Shown here piece by piece: positions 43,091 to 51,737 of a stretch of DNA of 64,000 nt. Where the stretch lies: positions 20,230 through 84,229 of the forward strand of contig CAVUNZ010000025.1 of NCBI GenBank assembly GCA_963742975.1. The letters run 5' to 3'. The translations under genes and the position numbers were made by a program. The notes beneath the pieces were generated by a model. The model had not been told where the DNA came from, made no database searches, and saw only the letters and a program-made list of their open reading frames with translations. Position 1 is the stretch's first letter. Every line of letters starts with the position of its first letter. Source of the DNA: an uncultured Alphaproteobacteria bacterium. GTDB taxonomy: Bacteria > Pseudomonadota > Alphaproteobacteria > Rhizobiales > Xanthobacteraceae.

Positions 43091-44145
43091 GTCTTGGTCG
43101 GACGGCCCAACAAACTCGCCATCTCCTGTTCGAGGCTGTCATAAAGGGCGGTCTTGTTGCCCTGGTTTGGCTTTGCCTCTGGCCGCTGCGGCCGAACCTC
43201 AGACTTAGCCTCAGGTCTGGGCTCGGTCTGACGAGGCGCGCGGGGTGGCATTGGCGACAAAGTATCGGCCGGATGAGCGGCCTCGGACGCCGGCGCCGGA
43301 CGCTGCGGCGGCGCCATCGGGCGACGCGGTTCGGGCGGAGCGTTCGGCTTGCGCAACGCGGCCTCGAGACGGCTCGCCATGTCGGCGAGGCTTTGATCGG
43401 CTTGGTTTGGATCGGCTTCCGCTGCGGCGGGAGCACCAAAGGGCGGAGCAGGGGGCGGCGCCGGCGGTGCGACAACGACCGGCGCTGCCGGCGGCGGCTC
43501 GATCGGCTCGTCGTCCGGCATCTCGATATGCGGCTCTGCCTTGGCTTCGACGCGCGGCTCTGTCGATTGCGGCCGAGCAAATGGGGAGCGGCGCGGCGGT
43601 GGCGGGCGCGAACCGAGTTCGTCGGCGAGAGCCGCGAGCGTATCGCGTTGCGGACGTGGCGGCGGTTCGGCGACGGGCTGCGGCATCCGCGGCGGCAATT
43701 CGTCCGGCAAAGGTTCAGGGCGCGGCGGGCGCAAAGTGGCGCCGGCCGGCTCCGGCTGCAATGGCCATGAGCCGCCGTTCTCTGGAATCGGAATAGCGCG
43801 TGGCAGAGCTTCGATCCCGGCGGCGGGACGCGCTCCCGGCACATCGCGCGGCGACCCAACCGCGCGCACAATGTTGGGCTCGACGACGACGTCGGTCGGT
43901 CCGCCGATCATCAAGAGATGTTCGACATTGTCGCGCCGGACCAGAATAAGCCGCCGGCGGCCGTCGACGCTGGCATGATCGATCACCGCGAGCCGCGGCT
44001 GGCGACCGCGCGCATTGTCGCGGAAACGTCCGGCGCCGAATCGCCGCAACGCCCACGCGATCGCGCCGATCAGGCCCAGCACAATAAGGAATGCCAGAAA
44101 GAAGCGTACGGCGAGCGGCATCTCCGCTCCCAACAGACTGTCCAT
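43087..44145 (-). CDS. fliO: FliO-like export protein with about 230-aa Pro-rich C-terminal extension
   Basis: ATG 44145 follows GGGGAG. TM segment VRFFLAFLIVLGLIGAIAWAL, then RLAVIDHASVDGRRRLILVRRDNVEHLLMIGG (the FliO core), then a P/A/R-rich tail. Confidence 0.65.
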   Translation of the reverse strand: MDSLLGAEMPLAVRFFLAFLIVLGLIGAIAWALRRFGAGRFRDNARGRQPRLAVIDHASVDGRRRLILVRRDNVEHLLMIGGPTDVVVEPNIVRAVGSPRDVPGARPAAGIEALPRAIPIPENGGSWPLQPEPAGATLRPPRPEPLPDELPPRMPQPVAEPPPRPQRDTLAALADELGSRPPPPRRSPFARPQSTEPRVEAKAEPHIEMPDDEPIEPPPAAPVVVAPPAPPPAPPFGAPAAAEADPNQADQSLADMASRLEAALRKPNAPPEPRRPMAPPQRPAPASEAAHPADTLSPMPPRAPRQTEPRPEAKSEVRPQRPEAKPNQGNKTALYDSLEQEMASLLGRPTKT

Positions 44146-44333
44146 CCGCACTACTCCCCGTTTCGCCTCGGCGCTCTTGTCGGTCCCCAAAAGTTAACAG
44201 CGCCGGAAATACTTGCCGCCGTGATTACTAACAAACAATTAAAAATCATAGCCGAATTTCGTGACAAAGCCGATGGATGAAGCTTTTTCATGGTAAACGG
44301 CAGATTAATGGCAAAACCGCTTTGAAACCGCCT

Positions 44334-44349
44334 TTAACCTGCCATTAAC
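44334..44349 (+). promoter_or_regulatory. perfect CtrA box TTAA-N7-TTAAC between divergent fliOP and flgBC-fliE-fliQR-flhB
   Basis: TTAACCTGCCATTAAC, whose second half extends to TTAACCAT. It is about 76 nt upstream of the flgB ATG. Confidence 0.55.
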
Positions 44350-44424
44350 CATACGCCCGGCAAAGTCTGCCCAGTGCCAAACCGCGTTTCTCCTGCACGT
44401 CTTGGCCGATTGGGGACGCCGCCG

Positions 44425-44826
44425 ATGCCGATTTCCGACATTCCGATTCTGTCGATGCTGCGTAGTCGCATGCAGTGGGGCCAGACGCGGCAGGAGGTCT
44501 TGGCCGAAAACGTCGCCAATGCCGACACGCCCAATTATCGGGCGCGCGACATCGCGGCGCCGGACTTCAGCCGGGCATTGTCCCTGGTCTCATCCGTGGG
44601 GCTCGATCGCACCGACCCGAATCACATTGCCGGCCAGTCCGGCGGCGGCGACTCGTCCTTCGCCACCGATAAGAGCGCCCGCTACGAAATCCGGCCGCGC
44701 GGCAACTCGGTCAGCCACGAAGACGAGATGATGAAAGTGGCGGCAAACCAGATGGACTACGAGGCCGTGACGTCGATGTACACGCACAGTCTCGGCCTCA
44801 TCAAAATCGCGATCGACAGGAGCTAA
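44425..44826 (+). CDS. flgB: flagellar rod protein FlgB
   Basis: ..RQEVLAENVANADTPNYRARDI..; the ATG follows GGGGA. Confidence 0.9.
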   Translation: MPISDIPILSMLRSRMQWGQTRQEVLAENVANADTPNYRARDIAAPDFSRALSLVSSVGLDRTDPNHIAGQSGGGDSSFATDKSARYEIRPRGNSVSHEDEMMKVAANQMDYEAVTSMYTHSLGLIKIAIDRS

Positions 44827-44827
44827 C

Positions 44828-44873
44828 GCGTGATCGCGAAAGTGGACGCCGGTTTTCGGCAAAGATCATGCGC
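44828..44873. repeat. short MITE/REP copy inserted between flgB and flgC
   Basis: GCGTGATCGCGAAAGTGGACGCCGGTTTTCGGCAAAGATCATGCGC. Begins 2 nt after the flgB stop. Confidence 0.75.
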
Positions 44874-44925
44874 AAATGATTCTCGGCCGGGCGAGGCTCG
44901 CGGAAAAACTAAAGAGAACTGACCC

Positions 44926-45336
44926 ATGGACTTCATCAAATCGCTGTCCGTCGCCGCCACCGGCCTGCGCGCCCAGATGGGCCGCATGCGCGTGATCTCG
45001 GAAAACATCGCCAATGCCGATTCGGTGTCGCAAACCGCCGGCGGCGATCCGTACCGGCGCCGCATTGTCACCTTCAATTCCGTGCTCGACCGCGAGCTCG
45101 GCGCCCATGTTGTCGAGCTTGGATCGATCCAGACCGACAGTTCCGATTTTTTGCTGCGGCACGAACCGGGCAATCCGGCGGCCAATGCCGCCGGCGACGT
45201 CAAATACCCGAACGTGAATACGCTGATCGAGATGACCGACCTGCGCGACGCGCAGCGGTCCTATGAGGCCAATCTTAACGTGATCACGGCGACGCGCCGG
45301 ATGCTCCAGCGCACCATCGACATGATCAAGACCTAG
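44926..45336 (+). CDS. flgC: flagellar rod protein FlgC
   Basis: ..ISENIANADS.. and EMTDLRDAQRSYEANLNVI. Confidence 0.95.
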   Translation: MDFIKSLSVAATGLRAQMGRMRVISENIANADSVSQTAGGDPYRRRIVTFNSVLDRELGAHVVELGSIQTDSSDFLLRHEPGNPAANAAGDVKYPNVNTLIEMTDLRDAQRSYEANLNVITATRRMLQRTIDMIKT

Positions 45337-45355
45337 AGCCAGCTGAGAACCCAAC

Positions 45356-45679
45356 ATGCCGATACCGACAGCCGCCGCCGCTAATGCCTATGCCGCGCTT
45401 TCGCGGATGGGCGCGGATACCGCAAATATCGCCAGCGGGCTTGGGGCGCCGCAGGGCTCGGGGCCGAATTTCAGCGCCGTCCTCAAAACCGTCATCGATA
45501 GTGTTTCGCAAGCCGCGCAGAAATCGGATGCGCAGGCGCAGGCCGTCGCCAATGGCAAGGCCAACATGGTCGACGTCGTCACCGCCGTGGCCGAAACCGA
45601 AACCGCGGTGCAGACGCTGGTCTCGGTGCGCGACAAGGTGATCGCGGCTTATGAAGACATTCTGAAGATGCAGATCTGA
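45356..45679 (+). CDS. fliE: flagellar hook-basal body protein FliE
   Basis: 107 aa with C-terminus ..VVTAVAETETAVQTLVSVRDKVIAAYEDILKMQI. Confidence 0.85.
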   Translation: MPIPTAAAANAYAALSRMGADTANIASGLGAPQGSGPNFSAVLKTVIDSVSQAAQKSDAQAQAVANGKANMVDVVTAVAETETAVQTLVSVRDKVIAAYEDILKMQI

Positions 45680-45757
45680 AATCGCTGGCGCGGGGTGCCT
45701 GCGGGGGAACTTGGAGCAGCGTCACGGTGGCGTGACAGGGTAGGGGAAAGAATAACA

Positions 45758-46024
45758 ATGATGACGGGACCCGAAGTGCTGGATATCGCACGTGATGCGA
45801 TCGTGACGCTGCTCCTTGTTTCCGCGCCGATGATGCTGGTCGGTCTCGTTGTCGGCGTCATCATCTCGCTGCTGCAGGCGCTGACGCAGATTCAGGAAAC
45901 CACGCTGGTTTTCGTGCCGAAGATCATTGCGATCTTCCTGTCGATGCTGATCGCGCTGCCGTTCATGGCGGACAAGCTGCACGCCAATTTCGTCCGTCTC
46001 ACGGCGCATATCGTCAACGGCTGA
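45758..46024 (+). CDS. fliQ: flagellar export protein FliQ
   Basis: 88 aa with two TM segments. ATG 45758 follows AGGGGAAAG. Confidence 0.9.
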   Translation: MMTGPEVLDIARDAIVTLLLVSAPMMLVGLVVGVIISLLQALTQIQETTLVFVPKIIAIFLSMLIALPFMADKLHANFVRLTAHIVNG

Positions 46025-46036
46025 GCGGGTTGAACC

Positions 46037-46807
46037 GTGCATATCGACGTGTCGTTTCTGCCGGCGCTCGGAGCGACCTTCCTCCTGATCTTCGCACGCG
46101 CGGGAACGATGATCATGCTGCTGCCCGGCGTCGGCGAGCAGGGGATTTCGCCGCGGATGCGGTTGACAATCGCGCTCATTCTCGCCGCCGTGCTGGTGCC
46201 GCTGCATCGCGCCGATTACCACCTCGTCGGCGGTGCGCTCGGACCCGCCCTCGTCATGGTGTTCGAGGAGATCATGATCGGCGCCGTGCTCGGCTTGACC
46301 GCGAGGCTGACGATTTCGGCGCTCGAAGTCGCGGGCTCGGTGATCGCCCAGCAGCTCGGCCTCGGTTTCGTCACCGCCGTCGATCCGAGCCAGGGCGAGC
46401 AGAGCATGATTGTCAGCAACTTTCTCACCATGCTCGCGATCACGCTGTTCTTCGCCACTGACATGCATCACCTGGTGCTCGCCGCGCTCAACGACAGCTT
46501 CACTTTGTTTGCGCCGGGCGAGGTGCCCTCGACCGGCGACGCCGCAGCCCTGGTGACCAAGACCGTGTCCGGCGCTTTCCGCATCGGCGTTCAATTGTCC
46601 GCGCCGTTTCTGGTGTTCGGTCTTCTCTTCAATCTCGGGCTTGGCGTGCTGTCGCGGCTGATGCCGGCGATGCAGGTCTATTTCCTGGCGCTGCCGGCCT
46701 CGATCATGATCGGTTTTCTGTTCCTGGTGCTCGTGCTCGGCGCGATGATGGGAATATTTCTCGAATATGTGACCGGCGTGCTCCACGAGATCGCGCCTCA
46801 CGCGTGA
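46037..46807 (+). CDS. fliR: flagellar export protein FliR
   Basis: 256-aa polytopic membrane protein with a GTG start, positioned between fliQ and flhB. Confidence 0.9.
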   Translation: MHIDVSFLPALGATFLLIFARAGTMIMLLPGVGEQGISPRMRLTIALILAAVLVPLHRADYHLVGGALGPALVMVFEEIMIGAVLGLTARLTISALEVAGSVIAQQLGLGFVTAVDPSQGEQSMIVSNFLTMLAITLFFATDMHHLVLAALNDSFTLFAPGEVPSTGDAAALVTKTVSGAFRIGVQLSAPFLVFGLLFNLGLGVLSRLMPAMQVYFLALPASIMIGFLFLVLVLGAMMGIFLEYVTGVLHEIAPHA

Positions 46808-46836
46808 GTAAGTTGGAAACGGGTTGCTAGCCGCCG

Positions 46837-47907
46837 ATGGCCGAAGAACAAGACGACGCAGAACAAACAGAAGACCCGACCCCGCGACGCCTTGAACAGG
46901 CGATCGAGCGCGGCGATGTCGTCAAAAGCGTCGAGGTTTCGACCTGGTTCATGATCGGCGGCGCGACGCTGTCGCTGATGATCTTTTCCGGCCCCACGGC
47001 GATGAGCTTGCAAACGGCGATGCGTGGCCTGCTCGCGCATTCCTTCGAAATTCCGACGGATGGCGCTGCTCTCGTCGATCTGACCCGGTCGCTCGCTCGA
47101 ATGCTGTTGGTGTCGCTCGGCGTACCGCTGCTTCTCCTGACCGTGTCGGCCTTTGCCGGCACCATCATTCAGCACCGCATCGTCTTCTCGTTCGAGCCGC
47201 TGATGCCGGATTTGTCGAAAATCTCGCCGATTGCCGGCTTCAAGCGGCTGTTTTCCATGGTGGCTTTGGCCAATTTCGCCAAAGGTTTCGCCAAGCTCGC
47301 GCTATTCGGCACCGTGATTGGCGCGCTGCTCTGGCCGCAGCGCCGCATCATGATCGGGCTCATCGATGTCGATCCCGCGCTGATCCTGCCGGTTGCGCGC
47401 GCGCTTGCGGTAAAGCTCCTCGGGACCGTCGTTGCGATTCTGGCGATCGTCGCTGCGGCCGATTACCTGTTCCAATACCGGCAATGGTTCGACCGGCATA
47501 AAATGTCGTTGCGGGAAATGAAGCAGGAATTCCGCCAGACCGAAGGCGATCCTGCGATCAAAGGCAAAATCAGGCAGTTGCGCCAATCCCGCGCCAAGAA
47601 GCGCATGATGGCCCAGGTGCCCAAAGCGTCGGTGGTCATCACCAACCCGACCCACTTTGCGGTGGCGCTGCAATACGAGCGCGGCATGAACGCCCCGGTC
47701 TGTGTCGCCAAGGGCGCCGATCTGATCGCGCGCAAGATCCGCGAGGTCGCCGAGGCCCATGACATCCCGATCATGGAGAATCCACCCTTGGCCCGCGCGT
47801 TGCATGCCACGGTCGAGATCGACCAGGAGATACCGCAGGAACACTATCGCGCCGTTGCCGAAATCATCGGCTATGTCATGCGGCTGCGTGGAGCCTTCCG
47901 CCGATGA
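46837..47907 (+). CDS. flhB: flagellar export switch protein FlhB
   Basis: ..EQTEDPTPRRLEQAIERGDV.. and the NPTH autocleavage motif (VVITNPTHFAVAL). Confidence 0.95.
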   Translation: MAEEQDDAEQTEDPTPRRLEQAIERGDVVKSVEVSTWFMIGGATLSLMIFSGPTAMSLQTAMRGLLAHSFEIPTDGAALVDLTRSLARMLLVSLGVPLLLLTVSAFAGTIIQHRIVFSFEPLMPDLSKISPIAGFKRLFSMVALANFAKGFAKLALFGTVIGALLWPQRRIMIGLIDVDPALILPVARALAVKLLGTVVAILAIVAAADYLFQYRQWFDRHKMSLREMKQEFRQTEGDPAIKGKIRQLRQSRAKKRMMAQVPKASVVITNPTHFAVALQYERGMNAPVCVAKGADLIARKIREVAEAHDIPIMENPPLARALHATVEIDQEIPQEHYRAVAEIIGYVMRLRGAFRR

Positions 47908-48045
47908 CGCTTGAGCCGGGCACCCTCGCGCTGAGCAAATGATGCGGGATTTTGCTCCATTTCGCCAAAATCCCTTGCGCGATTCAGCGACGCAAGGCAC
48001 TGAAAAAGGCAATAAACGAGGCGCTGAAAACGGGGCATATCGACA

Positions 48046-50683
48046 ATGACGGCGTCCGGCAGTGCCGAATCGAAGGCTGTTGGGTCCCTGATCGAGGCTC
48101 CCGCCATCGCGGCGTCGCGGCCCTCGGTCGATCGCAGCGCCAGTAATGCCGCGCGCGGCGGCAGCATCGTGCTTGTGCTGCTGGTCGCCGTGCTGCTGGT
48201 CGCCGCCGCGATCGGAATCGTTATGATGGGCGGCAGCAATGCCGAGCCGTATATCCTGGGATTCCTGGCGGTGCTGGCGACGATCGGCGTATTCTCGCTG
48301 TTTGCGCTCGCCTGCGGCATCTTGCGGGTATCGGCGGCGGACTCCAGCCATCCGATGATCAAGTCGGTGGTGGACAACGCCTTCGACGGCATCGTCGTCA
48401 CCGGCAGCGACGGTCAGGTGGTCTATGCCAATGCCGCCTATCTCGATCTGACCAACGCTTCGGATCCCAATGACATGCGGCCTGTCGAGCGCGCCTTCAT
48501 CGGCGACGCCGAGGCCTCCGAGGCGATCTATCGGCTGTTGAAAGCAGCAAGAGATGGCAAGCGCCTGCAGGAAGAGGTCCGCGTCGCGGGCGCCAAGGGC
48601 CGGCCGGCGCGCTGGCTGCGGTTTCGCATCCGGCCGCTCGGTGCGAGCCGGCGCGAGAACGGACTCACCGTCTGGTCGCTGTCGGACGTGACACGCGAGC
48701 GCGCGCATCAGGAAAATGTGTTCCAGGAATTGCAGCACGCCATCGACTATCTTGATCACGCGCCGGCCGGGTTTTTCTCGGTCGATGACAAAGGCGACAT
48801 CGTCTATCTCAACGCCACGCTTGCCAATTGGCTCGATCAGGATCTGGCCCAGGTCGGCTCCGGCGGCTTGAAAATCGCCGATCTGGTCGCCGGCGACGGT
48901 GCCGCTTTGCTGACGACGCTGCGGTCGCCGCCGGGCGAGGTCAAGACCGAGGTGCTCGACCTCGATCTGCGCACCCGCAGCGGACGCACGCTGCCGGTGC
49001 GGGTGTTTCACAAGCTCGCTTTTGGCGCGGACGGCACGCCCGGCGCTTCGCGCACGCTCGTGCTCAACCGCGCCCGCGACGACGGCAGGGATCCGCAGCG
49101 CGCCGCCGACATCCGCTTCATGCGGTTCTTCCATCACACGCCGATGGCGATCGCGACCATCGACAAGCACGGCGGCGTGGTGCGCACCAATCCGCTGTTC
49201 GCGCGGCTGTTCCACGGCGCAAGAGTTTATGGCGCAAGAGTGAGCAACGAAGCCGGCGAAGACGACAGCGCTGACCGTTCGATCCTCGCCACCGTGGTCG
49301 AACGCGACCGTGACGCGCTCAAGGCCGCAATCACGCTCGCCGCGCAAGGCGAGAGCGATATCGCGCCCGTCGACGCGATGCTCTCAGGCAGCAGCGAGCG
49401 CTTCGGGCGCTTTTACGTCACCGCGGTCGAGGAAGAAGAACGCGACCAGGAAGCCGCCATCGTCTATGCGCTCGAGACCACGGCGCAGCGCGAGCTCGAA
49501 AGCAAGGTCACGCAGCAGCAGAAGATGGACTCGATCGGTCAGCTGGCCGGCGGCATGGCCCATGATTTCAACAATGTGCTTGGCGCCATCATGATGGCGA
49601 CCGATTTTCTGCTCAGCGCGCACAAGCCGACCGACCCGTCCTTCGCCGATATCATGCAGATCAAGCAGAACGCCAACCGGGCCGCGAGCCTGGTCCGGCA
49701 TCTGCTCGCGTTCTCGCGCAAGCAGACGCTGCGTCCGCAAGTGCTCGACATCGGCGAGGTGCTAAGCGACCTTCGGATGCTGCTGCAGCGGTTGATCGGC
49801 GAAAAGGTCACGCTCACCGTGGTGCACGGCCGCGATCTGTGGCCGGTCAAAGTCGACATTTCGCAGTTCGAACAGGTGATCGTAAATCTCGCGGTCAATG
49901 CGCGCGACGCCATGCCGAGCGGCGGGCGATTGCAAGTGCGCACCAGCAACGTGACCAAAGAAGACAGCGAGCGTTACCGCGGCAGAGGTATGCCGGCGGC
50001 GGACTATGTGCTGGTCGAAGTCGCGGATAGCGGCACTGGGATTCCGGCCAAAATCCTCGACAAGATTTTCGAACCGTTCTTCTCGACCAAAGAGGTGGGC
50101 AAGGGCACTGGTCTCGGCCTCTCGACCGTCTATGGCATCATCAAACAGACCGGCGGCTTCGTCTATGTCGACTCGGTCGAGCAGCAGGGCGCCACGTTCC
50201 GTATCTTCCTGCCGCGCCATATCGCGAGCGCGCAGGAGAGTGCGGCCGAGCGCGCCGCGGCGACGGATCTGGCAGCCGAGTTCGAGCAAGCGCGCGGCGA
50301 GCGCGGATCTGACGGGCGAGGGCACCATCCTTTTGGTCGAAGACGAGGAGGGCTTGCGCCAGCTCAATGCCAGGGGGCTCGCCTCGCGCGGCTATACGGT
50401 TCTTGAAGCCGGCAACGGCGTCGAAGCCATCGACGTGCTCGAAAAGTCCACAGGCCAGATCGATCTCGTCGTATCGGACGTGGTGATGCCGGAAATGGAC
50501 GGGCCGACGCTGCTGCGCGAATTACGCACGCGCAATCCGGATCTCAAGATCATCTTTGTGTCGGGTTATGCCGAAGATGCCTTCCAAAAGCATCTGCCGG
50601 CGGACGGTCAGTTTGCCTTCTTGGCCAAGCCGTTCACGCTCAAGCAGCTTGTCAATGCCGTAAAGGAAACGATGGCCGCGTGA
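48046..50683 (+). pseudogene. cckA: CckA-like hybrid histidine kinase (TM-PAS-HisKA-HATPase-REC) with an apparent 1-nt frame disruption before the receiver domain
   Basis: Frame 1 (48046-50406) carries the TM segments, PAS domains, H-box GGMAHDFNNVLG and ATPase G-boxes. The receiver ..DLTGEGTILLVEDEE..DLVVSDVVMPEMDG..KPF continues only in the +1 frame to 50683. The total span is 3n+1 nt. Confidence 0.7.
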
Positions 50684-50983
50684 ATGCAGGTGGGCCGCGC
50701 GGGGCTCGGCTGTCGAAGCGCAGGTGACGGCCAAGCAGCGTGAAACAGGTGACGTGATGCAGGGTGACGCGAAACAGGCGAAGCCGGAGCGCCTTGCAGA
50801 ACCGGTCTGCGCTAAACCGGCTTTGCGTCCGGCGCGTATAAGACCGTAAGGTGCGACACGAGCGCGTGCGACGCTTTGCGGCAGATCGGTGAGCTTGGTG
50901 TTAGGCGTAGAAACAGCCTGCGGGCGCGATTGCTCCATCATCGGCATCCAGGCGTAAATCCGCATAAACAAAGGCGACAACAC

Positions 50984-51631
50984 GTGAATCGTTTCGTTTG
51001 CAACTATGCCATTGCCGCAGCCTCCACGCCGTCAATTCGGCCGACCTGGTTCCGGTCATTGGCAATGTTGATCGCGCTGACGATGAGCCTGTTGATCTCG
51101 GCGGAAGGGGCTGACGCGCGGCTGAAGAGCGAGTGGAAATTCGGCGGCAGCTTGGCGCGATTCATGTCGTTGCCATTCAGCGCAACGGTTCTCGGCAATG
51201 ACATGATCGGCGAGAGCTTTTCCGGTAATAGCGGAATCGGCGATGTGGCTGACACCGGCAACGCCTTGTTGCCGCAGGTTGCGCAGCCGACCGGTGGCTC
51301 GCTGGGCGGATTGTTCAGCCGCCCCGGTTTGGTCGGCGGCTTCTCCGCGGGGTTCCTCGGCGCCGGTGTGTTGGGACTCGTATTCGGTCACGGCATGACC
51401 AGCGAACTGACCGGTGTTGCGTCGTTCATGGGCCTCATCTTTCAGATCACGCTGATTCTGATGCTGGCGCGGCTGTTCTGGACGTGGTGGCGCATCGATC
51501 GGTCCGCCGCTTTTGCCGACATGTCGCCGCGGCAACTCGCCGACGCTTATGGCCGGCTGCGCAACGAGGCGCTGCCCGATATCGATGCCGCCGAAGCCGA
51601 GCTGAGTGAGGCGAAAACCGGCAAAGACTAG
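50984..51631 (+). CDS. hypothetical Gly-rich membrane protein
   Basis: Signal-like MLIALTMSLLISAEGADA and Gly-rich TM segments GLVGGFSAGFLGAGVLGLVFG. The start is uncertain (GTG 50984 or ATG 51065). Confidence 0.4.
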   Translation: MNRFVCNYAIAAASTPSIRPTWFRSLAMLIALTMSLLISAEGADARLKSEWKFGGSLARFMSLPFSATVLGNDMIGESFSGNSGIGDVADTGNALLPQVAQPTGGSLGGLFSRPGLVGGFSAGFLGAGVLGLVFGHGMTSELTGVASFMGLIFQITLILMLARLFWTWWRIDRSAAFADMSPRQLADAYGRLRNEALPDIDAAEAELSEAKTGKD

Positions 51632-51636
51632 AACGA

Positions 51637-51729
51637 AGTTGTTTCAGATTGAATCAGTTGTCGCTCTAGCATTTTGATGGAGCATGATCTTTTCGGAAAA
51701 CCGGCTTCCACTTTTCCGGATCATGCTGT
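51637..51729 (+). repeat. MITE/REP-like element, full-length copy 3
   Basis: Nearly collinear with copy 1: TTGTTTCAGATTGAATCAGTTGTCGCTCTAGCATTTTGATGGAGCATGATCTTTTCGGAAAACCGGCTTCCACTTTTCCGGATCATGCTG. Confidence 0.85.
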
Positions 51730-51737
51730 AGTGCGGC

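Noticed and set aside
42729-43871. 380-aa alternative-frame minus ORF over fliP/fliO
   Set aside because: Arg/Pro-rich frame-shadow of the Pro-rich fliO tail. The chosen frame carries the FliO core and couples to fliP.
45722-46801. 359-aa minus-strand ORF rich in H/R/E/Q/D
   Set aside because: Antisense to fliQ and fliR. The composition is the complement of hydrophobic membrane codons.
47946-47976. 9-bp hairpin GGGATTTTG/CAAAATCCC between flhB and cckA as a terminator
   Set aside because: The loop is 11 nt and only TT follows. That is too weak to annotate, though it could be regulatory.
47302-49347. 681-aa minus-strand ORF
   Set aside because: Antisense to flhB and the cckA 5' half. It has no motifs, and both plus-strand genes are unambiguous.
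50240-50683. Stand-alone receiver protein starting at GTG 50240
   Set aside because: AGGAG is only 1 nt from the GTG, and the first 20 codons are Arg/Pro/Ser nonsense. A frame break in a CckA-type hybrid kinase is more parsimonious.
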